Shown: one piece after another, positions 1-9,126 of the stretch
Layout: each line of letters opens with the position of its first letter
Position numbering within the stretch: position 1 is the first letter of the stretch
Assembly (NCBI GenBank): GCA_030651175.1
Contig: JAUSCR010000116.1
Coordinates: 1-40,520, forward strand
Direction of reading: 5' to 3'
DNA: 40,520 nt
From: Dehalococcoidia bacterium
GTDB lineage: Bacteria > Chloroflexota > Dehalococcoidia > Lucifugimonadales > SHYF01
Made by a program: the position numbers and the translations under genes
The notes under the pieces: generated by a model
Seen by the model: the letters and a program-made list of their open reading frames with translations, nothing else
What the model was told of the DNA's origin: nothing
Database searches by the model: none

Positions 1-956
1 AAGTTCTCAAAGGTGAGGGACTGCGCTCCATCGGAGAGGGCCTTGTCAGGATTGGGATGCACCTCCACGATGAGGGCATCGGCCCCCACCGCCGCCGCCG
101 CCATAGCCAGCGGGGTCACCAGATACCACTTGCCCGTCCCATGGCTTGGGTCGGCCACTACAGGCAGATGGCTCAGCCTCTTGATCACAGGGATGGCCGC
201 TAGGTCCAGCGTGTTCCGAGTGAAGTGTTCAAATGTGCGGATGCCTCTCTCGCACAGCATAAGCTGTCTGTTCCCAGTGGCCATGACGTATTCGCCCGCC
301 AGAAGCCAGTCCTCGTAGGTGGCAGAGAAACCACGTTTCAACATCACTGGCTTGCCTGCCCTACCCACCTCCTCCAGGAGGGCGAAGTTCTGCATGTTCC
401 TCGCACCTATCTGGAGGATGTCGGCGTACCTGCTCACCAACTCCACATCCTTGGTATCCATCACCTCGGTTATGACTGGCATTCCCGTCTCGTTGCGGGC
501 CTTCTCCAGGAGCTTCAACCCCTCTTCTCCCATGCCACGGAAGCTGTAAGGGGATGTCCTGGGCTTGAAAGCGCCCCCGCGTAGGACGGTGGCGCCAGCG
601 GCCTTCACCGCCCTGGCGGTGGCCATCAACTGCTCCTCAGATTCCACGGCGCATGGCCCGGCAAACACAACCAGCTCCCCACCACCTATGGTTACACCTC
701 CAACCCTAATTACTGTGTTGGACGGCTGGAACTCCCTGCCGGTCAGCTTGTATGGCCTGCTGATGCGCACCACCTCCCGCACCCCGGCCAAAACCTCCAG
801 CTCATCCTGAAGCTCAGGATAGGTCTGCCCCACAACCCCTATGACGATACGCTCCACCCCTTTCGACAGGTGTCCTTGCAGTCCTCGCTTGTCCAAGTGC
901 TCTTGCACGCCTTGAATCTCCTTGGCAGTACATTCCAACTGCATTACGACTATCAT
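1..956 (-). CDS. aroF: 3-deoxy-7-phosphoheptulonate (DAHP) synthase, type I-beta; 3' end runs off the window
   Basis: Not in the ORF track. Manual translation from ATG 956 gives [21 protein letters not shown]...IGVVGQ...VRISRPYKL...AGPCAVE...[17 protein letters not shown]...[10 protein letters not shown]...ERGIRTF...DPSHGTG, all hallmark motifs, with an N-terminal regulatory (ACT-like) domain. Confidence 0.95.
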   Translation of the reverse strand, partial: MIVVMQLECTAKEIQGVQEHLDKRGLQGHLSKGVERIVIGVVGQTYPELQDELEVLAGVREVVRISRPYKLTGREFQPSNTVIRVGGVTIGGGELVVFAGPCAVESEEQLMATARAVKAAGATVLRGGAFKPRTSPYSFRGMGEEGLKLLEKARNETGMPVITEVMDTKDVELVSRYADILQIGARNMQNFALLEEVGRAGKPVMLKRGFSATYEDWLLAGEYVMATGNRQLMLCERGIRTFEHFTRNTLDLAAIPVIKRLSHLPVVADPSHGTGKWYLVTPLAMAAAAVGADALIVEVHPNPDKALSDGAQSLTFEN

Positions 957-1087
957 GATTGTTGCCCCCAATGTTTCGTTATGATTGTAGAGAACGCCAG
1001 CCTGCCCCTTTCACGAAGGGACTGTTCCGTGCGGTAAAAGTAGAAGGGCGCCCCCAAGGAGAACCGGCCTGGCCTTGCTTCGTTCAA
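953..1087 (-). CDS. Putative 44-aa leader peptide of aroF containing tandem Phe-Tyr-Phe-Tyr codons
   Basis: TTG start directly follows the aroH TAA, with GGAGG 8 nt upstream. Reads [44 protein letters not shown]. Its TGA overlaps the aroF ATG (ATGA). Confidence 0.55.
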   Translation of the reverse strand: MNEARPGRFSLGAPFYFYRTEQSLRERGRLAFSTIITKHWGQQS

Positions 1088-1462
1088 TTACCTTTCCTCC
1101 GTTCCCCGCGCCCGCAGATTGACAGCGCCCCTGAGGTAGACGTTGACCAGCTCGTGGGCCTGCTTGTCTGTATTTACCAGAACCAGGGCCCGAATACAAC
1201 TGGGTAGGCCGTCCGGCACATCCATTTCATGGGTGTCCAAAAGGGCCACGTCTATCCAGCCCATCAGACGGGCCGCCACTGCTGGAAACTCGGCGTTCAG
1301 GTCGCGCGTGGTGGTGAAGATGGCTGCGGCTATGCTGTCCTTCTGCAAACCGTTGGCCTTCACCAACTGCTCCAGCAACTCCCGCGTAGCTTCCAGGATG
1401 GCCTCCTTGGTGTTTGCCCTGGCAGTGGTGGCGCCTCTAAGGCCCCGGCATACAAGAGTCAT
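1088..1462 (-). CDS. aroH: Chorismate mutase, AroH class
   Basis: CRGLRGATT...FTTTRDLNAEFPAVAAR...EMDVPDGLPSCIRAL...VYLRGAVNLR is the typical AroH signature; lies between trpA and aroF. Confidence 0.95.
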   Translation of the reverse strand: MTLVCRGLRGATTARANTKEAILEATRELLEQLVKANGLQKDSIAAAIFTTTRDLNAEFPAVAARLMGWIDVALLDTHEMDVPDGLPSCIRALVLVNTDKQAHELVNVYLRGAVNLRARGTEER

Positions 1463-2280
1463 CCTGCACCTCTATTCAATGGCTCGGGCGCATCGCGCAG
1501 TTCAGAGAGGAACCTGGTCGCCCGGGCCACCGCCTCTCCTTTCGGCGCGCTATCTATGGCGTTGATAAGGGCGCTACCCACCACAACAGCATCCGCGTAC
1601 TTTCCTATCGCCTCCACTTGCTCCCGGCGCGACACGCCAAAGCCCACCGCTACGGGAAGGCTGGTGCAGGCGCGGACCCGCTCCACCAGACGGAAAGCCT
1701 CCTGGGACAACTGGGCGCGGACACCCGTCACTCCCGCCAGGCTGACGCAATAGATGAACCCGCTGGCCACGGCACAGGCGGCGGCGATGCGCTGCTCCGT
1801 GCTGGTGGGAGCAAGCAGAGGAATCACATCTATGCCCCGGTGCAAGCACTCCTCCCGGAGAGGCCCGGACTCCTCTGGGGGCAGGTCGGCAACAATTATA
1901 CCGTCCAGGCCCGCTCGCTGCGCCTCCACCGCAAAGGTCTTCAGGCCAAGGGCGAGCAGTGGGTTATAGTATCCCATGAAAATCAGAGGCGTGCTGAGGC
2001 CTGCCCCGCGGAGGCTGGCGCAGGCTTCCAGGCAGCGCCTCAGGGTTATCCCCTGGCGCAGGGCATGGAAGCTCGCCTTTTGTATTGTAGCCCCATCGGC
2101 CAGCGGGTCGCTGAAGGGCACCCCCAGCTCTATGATGTCCGCTCCGACCTTTGCCAGGGCTGGCACCAGGGCCAGAGTGGTGGGCATATCAGGAAAGCCC
2201 ACGGTGACAAAGGGTATGATACCCGTCCTGCCGCGGGCGGCCAACTCCTGAAACGTCTTCTGCAATCGGCGTGACCCCAT
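1459..2280 (-). CDS. trpA: Tryptophan synthase alpha subunit
   Basis: ELGVPFSDPLADGATIQ, MGYYNP, LLAPTST, GFIYCVSLAGVTG, VGFGVS, VVGSAL motifs. Confidence 0.97.
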   Translation of the reverse strand: MGSRRLQKTFQELAARGRTGIIPFVTVGFPDMPTTLALVPALAKVGADIIELGVPFSDPLADGATIQKASFHALRQGITLRRCLEACASLRGAGLSTPLIFMGYYNPLLALGLKTFAVEAQRAGLDGIIVADLPPEESGPLREECLHRGIDVIPLLAPTSTEQRIAAACAVASGFIYCVSLAGVTGVRAQLSQEAFRLVERVRACTSLPVAVGFGVSRREQVEAIGKYADAVVVGSALINAIDSAPKGEAVARATRFLSELRDAPEPLNRGAG

Positions 2281-2289
2281 GCTGATTCC

Positions 2290-2988
2290 TCAGACCGAAA
2301 TGGCTACGGCAAAGGCCAAGGCGTTTTGCGCGGCGTGTGCCAGGCAGCAGTTCCACAGCGAACCAGTGCGGCGATACAGCCACGCCAGCAACATCCCCGA
2401 CACAAAGGCCGGGAGCAGGACGCCAGGCGCCAGGTGGGCCATGGCAAAGAGCACCGACACAAAGCTGGCTCCTACCCAGAACCCCCACCGATCTGCGAGC
2501 ACAGGCAGCAGAAACCCCCGGAAGAAAGACTCCTCTGCCACGGGCGCTACTACTACTATCAGCACAAAAGCGGCAATGCGCTCAGGGTACGTCTTCATCA
2601 GCTCATCGGGTATGGAGGGCGGAGTCAGGCTGGCTAGCCCCAGCACCTTCACCGCCGCTGTGTAGAGGAGGACAAAGACCAGACTGGCTAGCAATACCAG
2701 CAAGGCCAGAAGAGCGCCGCTGCCGAGTGTTGTACTTAGTCCCAGGGCCCTCCAGGACTGGCCGTATCTCCACGGCCCAAACCTCCAAACAGCTACAAGA
2801 AGCATCCCCTCCAATACAGCGGAAAAAAGGAACCTACTTCCTGGAATAGCTCCCCTCGACACAAAGAGTACCAAAGCAGCCACAAAAGCGAGAAGGGCAG
2901 CTACTCCGACCACCAGGGCCACGGCCTTAGCTGCGTCTCGGAGTGTCCAGGGAACTGCCATTCTGGGGCGTGCATCCGTTGAATTCAT
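2290..2988 (-). CDS. CPBP/Abi (CAAX protease-like) intramembrane metalloprotease
   Basis: Multiple hydrophobic segments with motifs EESFFRG, FAMAH and AHAAQN. Start chosen at ATG 2988 rather than the upstream TTG. Confidence 0.9.
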   Translation of the reverse strand: MNSTDARPRMAVPWTLRDAAKAVALVVGVAALLAFVAALVLFVSRGAIPGSRFLFSAVLEGMLLVAVWRFGPWRYGQSWRALGLSTTLGSGALLALLVLLASLVFVLLYTAAVKVLGLASLTPPSIPDELMKTYPERIAAFVLIVVVAPVAEESFFRGFLLPVLADRWGFWVGASFVSVLFAMAHLAPGVLLPAFVSGMLLAWLYRRTGSLWNCCLAHAAQNALAFAVAISV

Positions 2989-3188
2989 TGCTGCACTTGC
3001 CAATGTTGGTATGTAGAGCCGTATGTTAGCATGGCCGCTGTGGAGTGACAATAGAAGCTGGGCGCCAAGGCCTTTCGCCAGCTTGGGGACGGCAGCTCCG
3101 AATTCCGTTGCATCGGGGCTTGCTGAACCGTTGGCCACGGCACATACTGGGAAGCGTTCATCCAGCATTCCAGGACAGGAGCGTACTC

Positions 3189-5663
3189 ATGGACACCGAT
3201 TCCCTAAAAGTACCAGCCGAACGTCTGACTGCTTATTGCGATCCTGAAAGCCTGGGGTTTGAGACCACCGAGGAGATAGGCCCCTTGGAAGTGACAGTGG
3301 GCCAGGCCCGCGCCGTCAGCGCCCTGGGGTTTGGGCTGAGCGTGGATGCCCCCGACTACAACATCTATGTGGTTGGGTACCCAGGCTCGGGCCGCGCCAC
3401 AACCCTGGGTACCTTCCTCAATCAGGCCGCCGCAAAGCGCCCGGTCCCCGACGACTGGTGCTATGTCCACAACTTCCGTGACCCGTTGCAGCCCGTGGCC
3501 GTGCGCCTCCCTGCCGGCACAGGCCGCCAACTGGTCCAGGACATGCAGGAGCTGATCCGGGACAGCCTGCGAGACATACCTCAGGCCTTCGAAAGCGACA
3601 ACTATCGGACCCGGGTAGAGGAGTCCTTGCAGGAGTTCCAACAGAAGCGCGAGGGGATCACCAAAGAAATAGAGGCATCCGCCCGGCAGGAAGGATTCAT
3701 CGTGCAGCCTTCACCCCTGGGCATCGTCACCACGCCGCTGAAGGACGGCCAACCCATCACCCGGGAGCGGTACAACCAGCTTCCCGAAGAGGAGAAAACG
3801 GCCCTGCGGGAAAAGAGCGAGGCCCTCCAGAGTTTCGTTGACCAGCATCTGGCGGCGCTCCGTCGCCTGGAGAGGGAGGCCACCAAGCGCAGGACAGAGG
3901 TGGACAGAGACGTGGTGCGGGCAGTAATCAACCCTGCTATCAACGAGCTTAAAGAGAAGTTCAGTGACATTCCCGCCCTGATCCAATACCTGGATGACGT
4001 GCGTCAGGACATTGCGGAACACGTGGACGACTTCCGAACCACCGATGACCAGCAGCCCCAGCAGCAGACCATGGAAGCTGTCATGGCCCGGGAAATAGCC
4101 GATGCGGAACGGTTCCTCCGGTACAAGGTCAACGTGCTGGTGGACAACAGCCATGCCCAGGGAGCGCCGGTTATCTTTGAGTACAGCCCCACGTACTACA
4201 ACCTGTTTGGCCGGGTAGAGTACCGGCCCCGCTTCGGCACCGCCGCCACGGACCTGTCCATGATCCGCCCGGGCGCCATTCACCTGGCCAGCGGAGGCTA
4301 CCTGGCCCTTCAGGCGCGGGACGTACTATCAAGTCCCCTGGTCTGGGAGACTCTCAAACGGGTGTTGCGCAGCCGCGAGGCCAGGATAGAGAACATAGGC
4401 GAGCAGTTCAGCGCCATTCCAACCGCCACCCTGAGGCCCCAACCAATTCCAGTGCAGACCAAGATCATACTCATGGGGACTCCCATGCTGTTCAACATCC
4501 TACAGCGAGTGGAAGAGGACTTCCGGAAGTTCTTCAAGGTCAAGGCGGATTTCGACCTGTCCATGGAGCGTACCCCGGAGAACACACGCTTCTACGCCTC
4601 CTTCATCCGCAACCAGTCCAGAGACGCCGGCGTGCGTCCATTTCACAAGAGTGCAGTGGCCAGGCTGGTGGAGTACGCCTCTCGTCTGGTGGAGCACCAG
4701 GGCAAGCTCACCACCCGCTTCATAGATATCGCAGACCTTGTCACCGAGGCGGACCACTGGGCTAAAAACGACGGCGACAGCAGGCTGGTGACAGCACAAC
4801 ACGTGGCCAAGGCAATCAAAGAGCGCATCTATCGCTCCAACCTGCCGGAGGAGCGCCTGCAGGAGTTCTTCAACGATGGCACCATCAAGATTGACACCGA
4901 TGGAGCCGTGGTGGGCCAGATCAACGGCATGTCGGTAATAGACATGGGGGACTACGCCTTTGGCCGTCCGATACGCATCATCGCCCGCACCGCGCTGGGG
5001 CGGGGCCAGGTATCCATAGACCGGGAGGCCCAGATGACCGGCCGTACCCACAACAAAGGCTTCTTCATCCTGACTGGATACGTCATGGGCAAATACGGCC
5101 AGGACAAGCCTCTGAGCTTCCGCAGCAGCATAGGATTCGAGCAGACCTATGATGAGGTGGAGGGCGACTCAGCCTCTTCCGCGGAGTTGTACGCCCTGCT
5201 ATCCAGCCTGGCTGGCATCCCCATCCAGCAGAGCATCGCCGTAACTGGCTCAGTGAACCAGCGGGGCGAAATCCAGGCCATAGGCGGGGCCATCTACAAG
5301 ATCGAAGGCTTCTTTGACGTGTGCAAGGCCAAGGGACTGACTGGACGCCAGGGTGTGATTATCCCCAAGGACAATATCAGGAACCTGGTGCTCCGTGAGG
5401 ACGTGATCCAGGCGGTCCGCGACGGTCTTTTCACCGTCTACGCAGTGGAGACTGTGGAGCAAGGGATAGAAATACTGACCGGGATGCCGGCGGGGGAGCC
5501 CGACGCCGGCGGACGCTACCCCGAAGGCACGCTGAACCACGCCATCTGCAAGAACCTGGATCACCTGGCCACAAAAGCCAGGGAGGTGGAAGGCAGAGAC
5601 CGTGATGGGGATAGCCGAAACGGCGCTAGCGACCAGCCTGGTGGCCCAAGCGCTATCCCCTAG
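3189..5663 (+). CDS. Lon-like (S16) protease with degenerate AAA module (LonC type)
   Basis: C-terminal Ser-Lys dyad (EGDSASSA...GGAIYKIEGF) and degenerate Walker A GYPGSGRAT. RBS AGGAG precedes ATG 3189. Confidence 0.9.
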   Translation: MDTDSLKVPAERLTAYCDPESLGFETTEEIGPLEVTVGQARAVSALGFGLSVDAPDYNIYVVGYPGSGRATTLGTFLNQAAAKRPVPDDWCYVHNFRDPLQPVAVRLPAGTGRQLVQDMQELIRDSLRDIPQAFESDNYRTRVEESLQEFQQKREGITKEIEASARQEGFIVQPSPLGIVTTPLKDGQPITRERYNQLPEEEKTALREKSEALQSFVDQHLAALRRLEREATKRRTEVDRDVVRAVINPAINELKEKFSDIPALIQYLDDVRQDIAEHVDDFRTTDDQQPQQQTMEAVMAREIADAERFLRYKVNVLVDNSHAQGAPVIFEYSPTYYNLFGRVEYRPRFGTAATDLSMIRPGAIHLASGGYLALQARDVLSSPLVWETLKRVLRSREARIENIGEQFSAIPTATLRPQPIPVQTKIILMGTPMLFNILQRVEEDFRKFFKVKADFDLSMERTPENTRFYASFIRNQSRDAGVRPFHKSAVARLVEYASRLVEHQGKLTTRFIDIADLVTEADHWAKNDGDSRLVTAQHVAKAIKERIYRSNLPEERLQEFFNDGTIKIDTDGAVVGQINGMSVIDMGDYAFGRPIRIIARTALGRGQVSIDREAQMTGRTHNKGFFILTGYVMGKYGQDKPLSFRSSIGFEQTYDEVEGDSASSAELYALLSSLAGIPIQQSIAVTGSVNQRGEIQAIGGAIYKIEGFFDVCKAKGLTGRQGVIIPKDNIRNLVLREDVIQAVRDGLFTVYAVETVEQGIEILTGMPAGEPDAGGRYPEGTLNHAICKNLDHLATKAREVEGRDRDGDSRNGASDQPGGPSAIP

Positions 5664-5767
5664 CGCAAGTCGTGTCAAGAACTCCTCTGGGACGGCGCTG
5701 GTTGCTTGAGGAAGGCCCCTGCATGCTGCCCTTCGGCAAACCCTTCGCTGCGATCGAGGGCTTCGGC

Positions 5768-6352
5768 TCAGGGCGACAGGAGGGCCTGACCTACGCACCC
5801 ATAATAAGCGCCTGGGGGGGTGAGCTGGCTTTCCATCAGGCTCAATGCCGCCACAGGCAGCGCCAGGGGCTTCGCCGTCCGCAGCCCTTCCATATCCTGG
5901 GCCAGCCTCTCCAGCGTCGTGGGCGACAGCCGGCCATTCACCCGCCCCAGAGTCAGATGCGCCGAGAACGCCCTGGCCTCTCTGGCGAACCCCTGGGCTT
6001 CCAGAGCCTCCTCCAGCCGCCCATGTATCTGGAGGAGCGGCGCTGTATCGCCCTGAACACCCAGCCATAGTACCCTGGGGGCGCGCATGTTAGGGAAAGC
6101 GCCAGCGCCTTGGACGTGGAGCACAAAGGGCGGTGTTCCGACCGCAGAGTCCCGCATGGAGGACAGTATGCCCGCAACCTGCTCTTCAGATGTATCCCCC
6201 AGAAACTTCAGCGTCAGGTGAACACCCTCTCCCCTGACCCAGCGGATTCCGGTAATCCCCTGCCGACGGAGATCCCCTACGGTCTCGCCGATGTACCCCA
6301 GGACATCCTCCGGCAGCTCAACGGCGATGAATAGTCGAAGGGTGCTAGCCAT
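5768..6352 (-). CDS. thpR: RNA 2',3'-cyclic phosphodiesterase (2H phosphoesterase)
   Basis: RLFIAV start, two HxT motifs (HLTLKFLG, HLTLGR), GAFP...PRVLW. Confidence 0.93.
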   Translation of the reverse strand: MASTLRLFIAVELPEDVLGYIGETVGDLRRQGITGIRWVRGEGVHLTLKFLGDTSEEQVAGILSSMRDSAVGTPPFVLHVQGAGAFPNMRAPRVLWLGVQGDTAPLLQIHGRLEEALEAQGFAREARAFSAHLTLGRVNGRLSPTTLERLAQDMEGLRTAKPLALPVAALSLMESQLTPPGAYYGCVGQALLSP

Positions 6353-7208
6353 TTCCCTCGGCATCCTCCACAATTCCCAGCAGCTTCATGGCATTGCCGC
6401 CCAGGATGGCTTCCTTCTCTTCCTCGGAAATGGAAGCAGCTCTGATCTGGCGGATGATGCGGCCCGGCTTCACCAGGGGATAGTCCGAGCCAAACAGTAT
6501 GGAGCCGGGACGGGCAAGGCGCGGCACAGTTGAGAATATGGACGCCCGGTACAGGAACGGCGAGGCCGCGGTGTCGAAATAGACGTTTTTCAGGGCGGTG
6601 TGCACCTCCGGCATCAGGTTGTAGAAGGGCAGCCCGCCACCCCAGTGGGCGCAGACGATTGGGACGTCCTGGTACCGCTCAACAAACTTCATCAGCGCCG
6701 GAGGCGTAATAGACCCCTTGCCTGGATACTGGTGGCCCACGGGTTCCGAGGAGTGGGTCAGGAGAATTAGCTTAAGAGACCGCTCCGCATCCATGAACGG
6801 CCCCATGACCTCCTGCGAGGATAGGTCGAAGCCCTGGGTGTCCGGATGGAGCTCCCCCACGCCCCTGGCTCCCAGGCGGGCGCACCGCTCCACCTCACGC
6901 AGCGCCTGGTCTCCCCAGGACGGGTTCACCGAGCAGAACGGCGCCAGCCGCCGTGGGTATCTAGCCGCCGACTCCAGCAGGTAGTCGTTGGCCCGGCGGG
7001 CCAGCTCCGGGTTGGTCCAGCCAATGCCCAGCGTCACCGCCATATCCACCCCGGCCTCGTCCATGGCGGCTATCAGCTCCTCGGCTGTGGCCATGGGCGC
7101 TCGCGGGTCGGCGAACAGCGCAGCCAGAGTGCTGTCCTGAGCAAGGTGTGCGGCGCGGCCCTGGATAATGGCCGGCGGGAAGATGTGGGTATGGAAGTCA
7201 ATGATCAT
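6345..7208 (-). CDS. Amidohydrolase_2 family metal-dependent hydrolase
   Basis: IDFHTH, GELHP, AHWGG, FGSDYP, ILGGNA motifs. Confidence 0.92.
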   Translation of the reverse strand: MIIDFHTHIFPPAIIQGRAAHLAQDSTLAALFADPRAPMATAEELIAAMDEAGVDMAVTLGIGWTNPELARRANDYLLESAARYPRRLAPFCSVNPSWGDQALREVERCARLGARGVGELHPDTQGFDLSSQEVMGPFMDAERSLKLILLTHSSEPVGHQYPGKGSITPPALMKFVERYQDVPIVCAHWGGGLPFYNLMPEVHTALKNVYFDTAASPFLYRASIFSTVPRLARPGSILFGSDYPLVKPGRIIRQIRAASISEEEKEAILGGNAMKLLGIVEDAEGNG

Positions 7209-7260
7209 GACGAGGGGTGATAGGCTAATGGCGGCTTAGCCGATGAGAATTGACGAGCCA

Positions 7261-7743
7261 CTATAGAAGTCTCGCGATTATCACTAGTCGCCTCATGTCC
7301 TCGCGCAACACCCCATACCACCTTTCCCGATCGGCTGGGGGCGTTGCACGCAGCGCCTCAATTGCAATGGAGTAGCGGCGTAGCCAACTGGAGATTTCTT
7401 TCAAGGGTACGTCCGGATCGCCTGCTGCTACGCGCAGGGCGAAGCGTACTGCTTCGTCCCGAGGGACATATAACACAATACCGTTGATTGTAAGAAATAC
7501 GAACACAGAGGTCAGGGCCAGACGCTTGTTGCCGTCCAGGAGAGGATGGTTCTTGATCAACGATCTGAAAAGAGCCGCTGCCTTGTCGTAAATGGTGCGG
7601 TGAAGGTATCGGCCAGCAAACTGCTGTTGAGGCCCCGCCAGGGCAGACTCCAGCAGACCCCGGCCGTGATCGCCGCCAAGAAACTGAAATGCTGGCATTG
7701 GGTCCGGATAGTCAGGGTAGAACTCCGCTGCCAGCGCATACAC
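7261..7743 (-). CDS. Doc/Fic-family toxin (death-on-curing); true start may lie upstream, near 7794
   Basis: LLESALAGPQQ...KAAALFRSLIKNHPLLDGNKRLA is a Doc-type Fic motif; lies immediately downstream of a small antitoxin-like ORF. Confidence 0.88.
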   Translation of the reverse strand: MYALAAEFYPDYPDPMPAFQFLGGDHGRGLLESALAGPQQQFAGRYLHRTIYDKAAALFRSLIKNHPLLDGNKRLALTSVFVFLTINGIVLYVPRDEAVRFALRVAAGDPDVPLKEISSWLRRYSIAIEALRATPPADRERWYGVLREDMRRLVIIARLL

Positions 7744-7786
7744 GACCCTCTCTATGGTCGCAGGTTTGAGGAAAAGGTACTTTCGT

Positions 7787-7984
7787 CTAGTGACGTGCCA
7801 ACTCCTTCAACGCATCTTTGTGGAGTTCAATTCCCAGCTTGGCAACCTCATCTATCAGTCGCTCCTCTTCTTCCGGAGTCAGCTCCACACGCTTTCGGCT
7901 TACCCTTGCCGCCGTCGCCCCATTCTTGCCGCTTTTTGTTGAAACCTTGGTAATCTTGTTTGTGCTCACCACTGCCTCCTTCAA
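7787..7984 (-). CDS. Putative antitoxin of the Doc toxin
   Basis: 65 aa, upstream of the toxin, with C-terminal helix HKDALKELARH resembling the tails of Doc-partner antitoxins. TGcTATACT extended -10 lies just upstream (about 7998-8006). Confidence 0.7.
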   Translation of the reverse strand: MKEAVVSTNKITKVSTKSGKNGATAARVSRKRVELTPEEEERLIDEVAKLGIELHKDALKELARH

Positions 7985-8082
7985 TCTCTACCCCACAAGT
8001 ATAGCATGGATGCCCATCTCCTCTCATGGACACCCCATCGGCGCTATTGGTATAATCTGCTGAACCCTTAAAAGGATACGCA

Positions 8083-9126
8083 ATGGCAGTAGTCCCTCGG
8101 AAGATGCAAAACACGCGCACTATTTCTCAAAGCACCGCCTCCACGGCCCTGAAGGCTCCGCAGGCCGTGTTTTCGCCCAACGGCTCGCTGCCTACCACGC
8201 GCTCCGAATACCAGCAGCTACGCCGCACCGCCAGGATGCTGCGCAGAGACATCCTTCTGGCCATCACCGAGGCGGGCAGCGGCCATCCCGGAGGCTCCCT
8301 TTCCGAGTTAGAAATCCTGACCACCCTGTACTACTGCGTGCTCCGGCATGACCCCCAAAATCCTTCGTGGCCAGATCGCGACCGGTTCATCCTCAGCAAA
8401 GGCCACGCCTGTCCAGGCCTGTACGCCGTCCTGGCTCATCGGGGCTACTTCCCGCTGAAAGACCTGAGCACCTTTCGCAAGCTCGGAAGCCACCTGCAAG
8501 GGCACGCCCACATCGGAACACCCGGCGTGGAGATGTCTTCCGGCTCCCTGGGCCAGGGGCTGTCCTTCGCCATTGGCGTGGCCCTGGCAGGCAGAGTGGA
8601 TGGCCGCTCCTATCGAACCTACGCACTCCTGGGCGACGGCGAGTGCGACGAGGGCCAGGTGTGGGAGGCCGCAATGTCCGCCGCCCACTATAAGGTGGAC
8701 ACCCTGACCGCCATCGTTGACCGCAACGGCATCCAGAACGACCGGTTCACCCACGAGGTGATGGAGCTTGAGCCTCTGGCCGACAAGTGGCGCGCCTTTG
8801 GCTGGCGCGTGCTTCAGCCGAATGGGCACAGCTTTCCTGCGCTGCTCCGGGCCTTCCACCAAGCCGGCGAGACCAAGGGCAAGCCTACAGTGATCATAGC
8901 CCGCACCGTCAAAGGCAAGGGCGTGAGCTTCATGGAGAACAACCCGGCCTTCCACGGTAAGGCGCCCACCTGGGAGCAGCTAGCCCAGGCGCTTCAGGAG
9001 TTGGGCTGCTCCAGCGCCGAGGTGTCGGATTCCATGACGGCCATCGGTTTCCCCTCGGAAAAGGTCGCTCAGGTGGCAGGCAACGTGAACAAGCTAGCCC
9101 TGGCCAACGCCGGGAGAACGTCCTGA
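8083..9126 (+). CDS. Transketolase N-terminal (TPP-binding) subunit
   Basis: GSGHPGGSLS, DRFILSKGH, GSLGQGLS, GDGECDEGQVWEA, TVKGKG motifs. TGgTATAAT promoter at about 8048-8056. Start uncertain. Confidence 0.95.
   Translation: MAVVPRKMQNTRTISQSTASTALKAPQAVFSPNGSLPTTRSEYQQLRRTARMLRRDILLAITEAGSGHPGGSLSELEILTTLYYCVLRHDPQNPSWPDRDRFILSKGHACPGLYAVLAHRGYFPLKDLSTFRKLGSHLQGHAHIGTPGVEMSSGSLGQGLSFAIGVALAGRVDGRSYRTYALLGDGECDEGQVWEAAMSAAHYKVDTLTAIVDRNGIQNDRFTHEVMELEPLADKWRAFGWRVLQPNGHSFPALLRAFHQAGETKGKPTVIIARTVKGKGVSFMENNPAFHGKAPTWEQLAQALQELGCSSAEVSDSMTAIGFPSEKVAQVAGNVNKLALANAGRTS

Noticed and set aside
3189-5663. Degenerate Walker A in the Lon-like protease as a novelty
   Set aside because: An expected property of the known LonC-type, ATP-independent subfamily.
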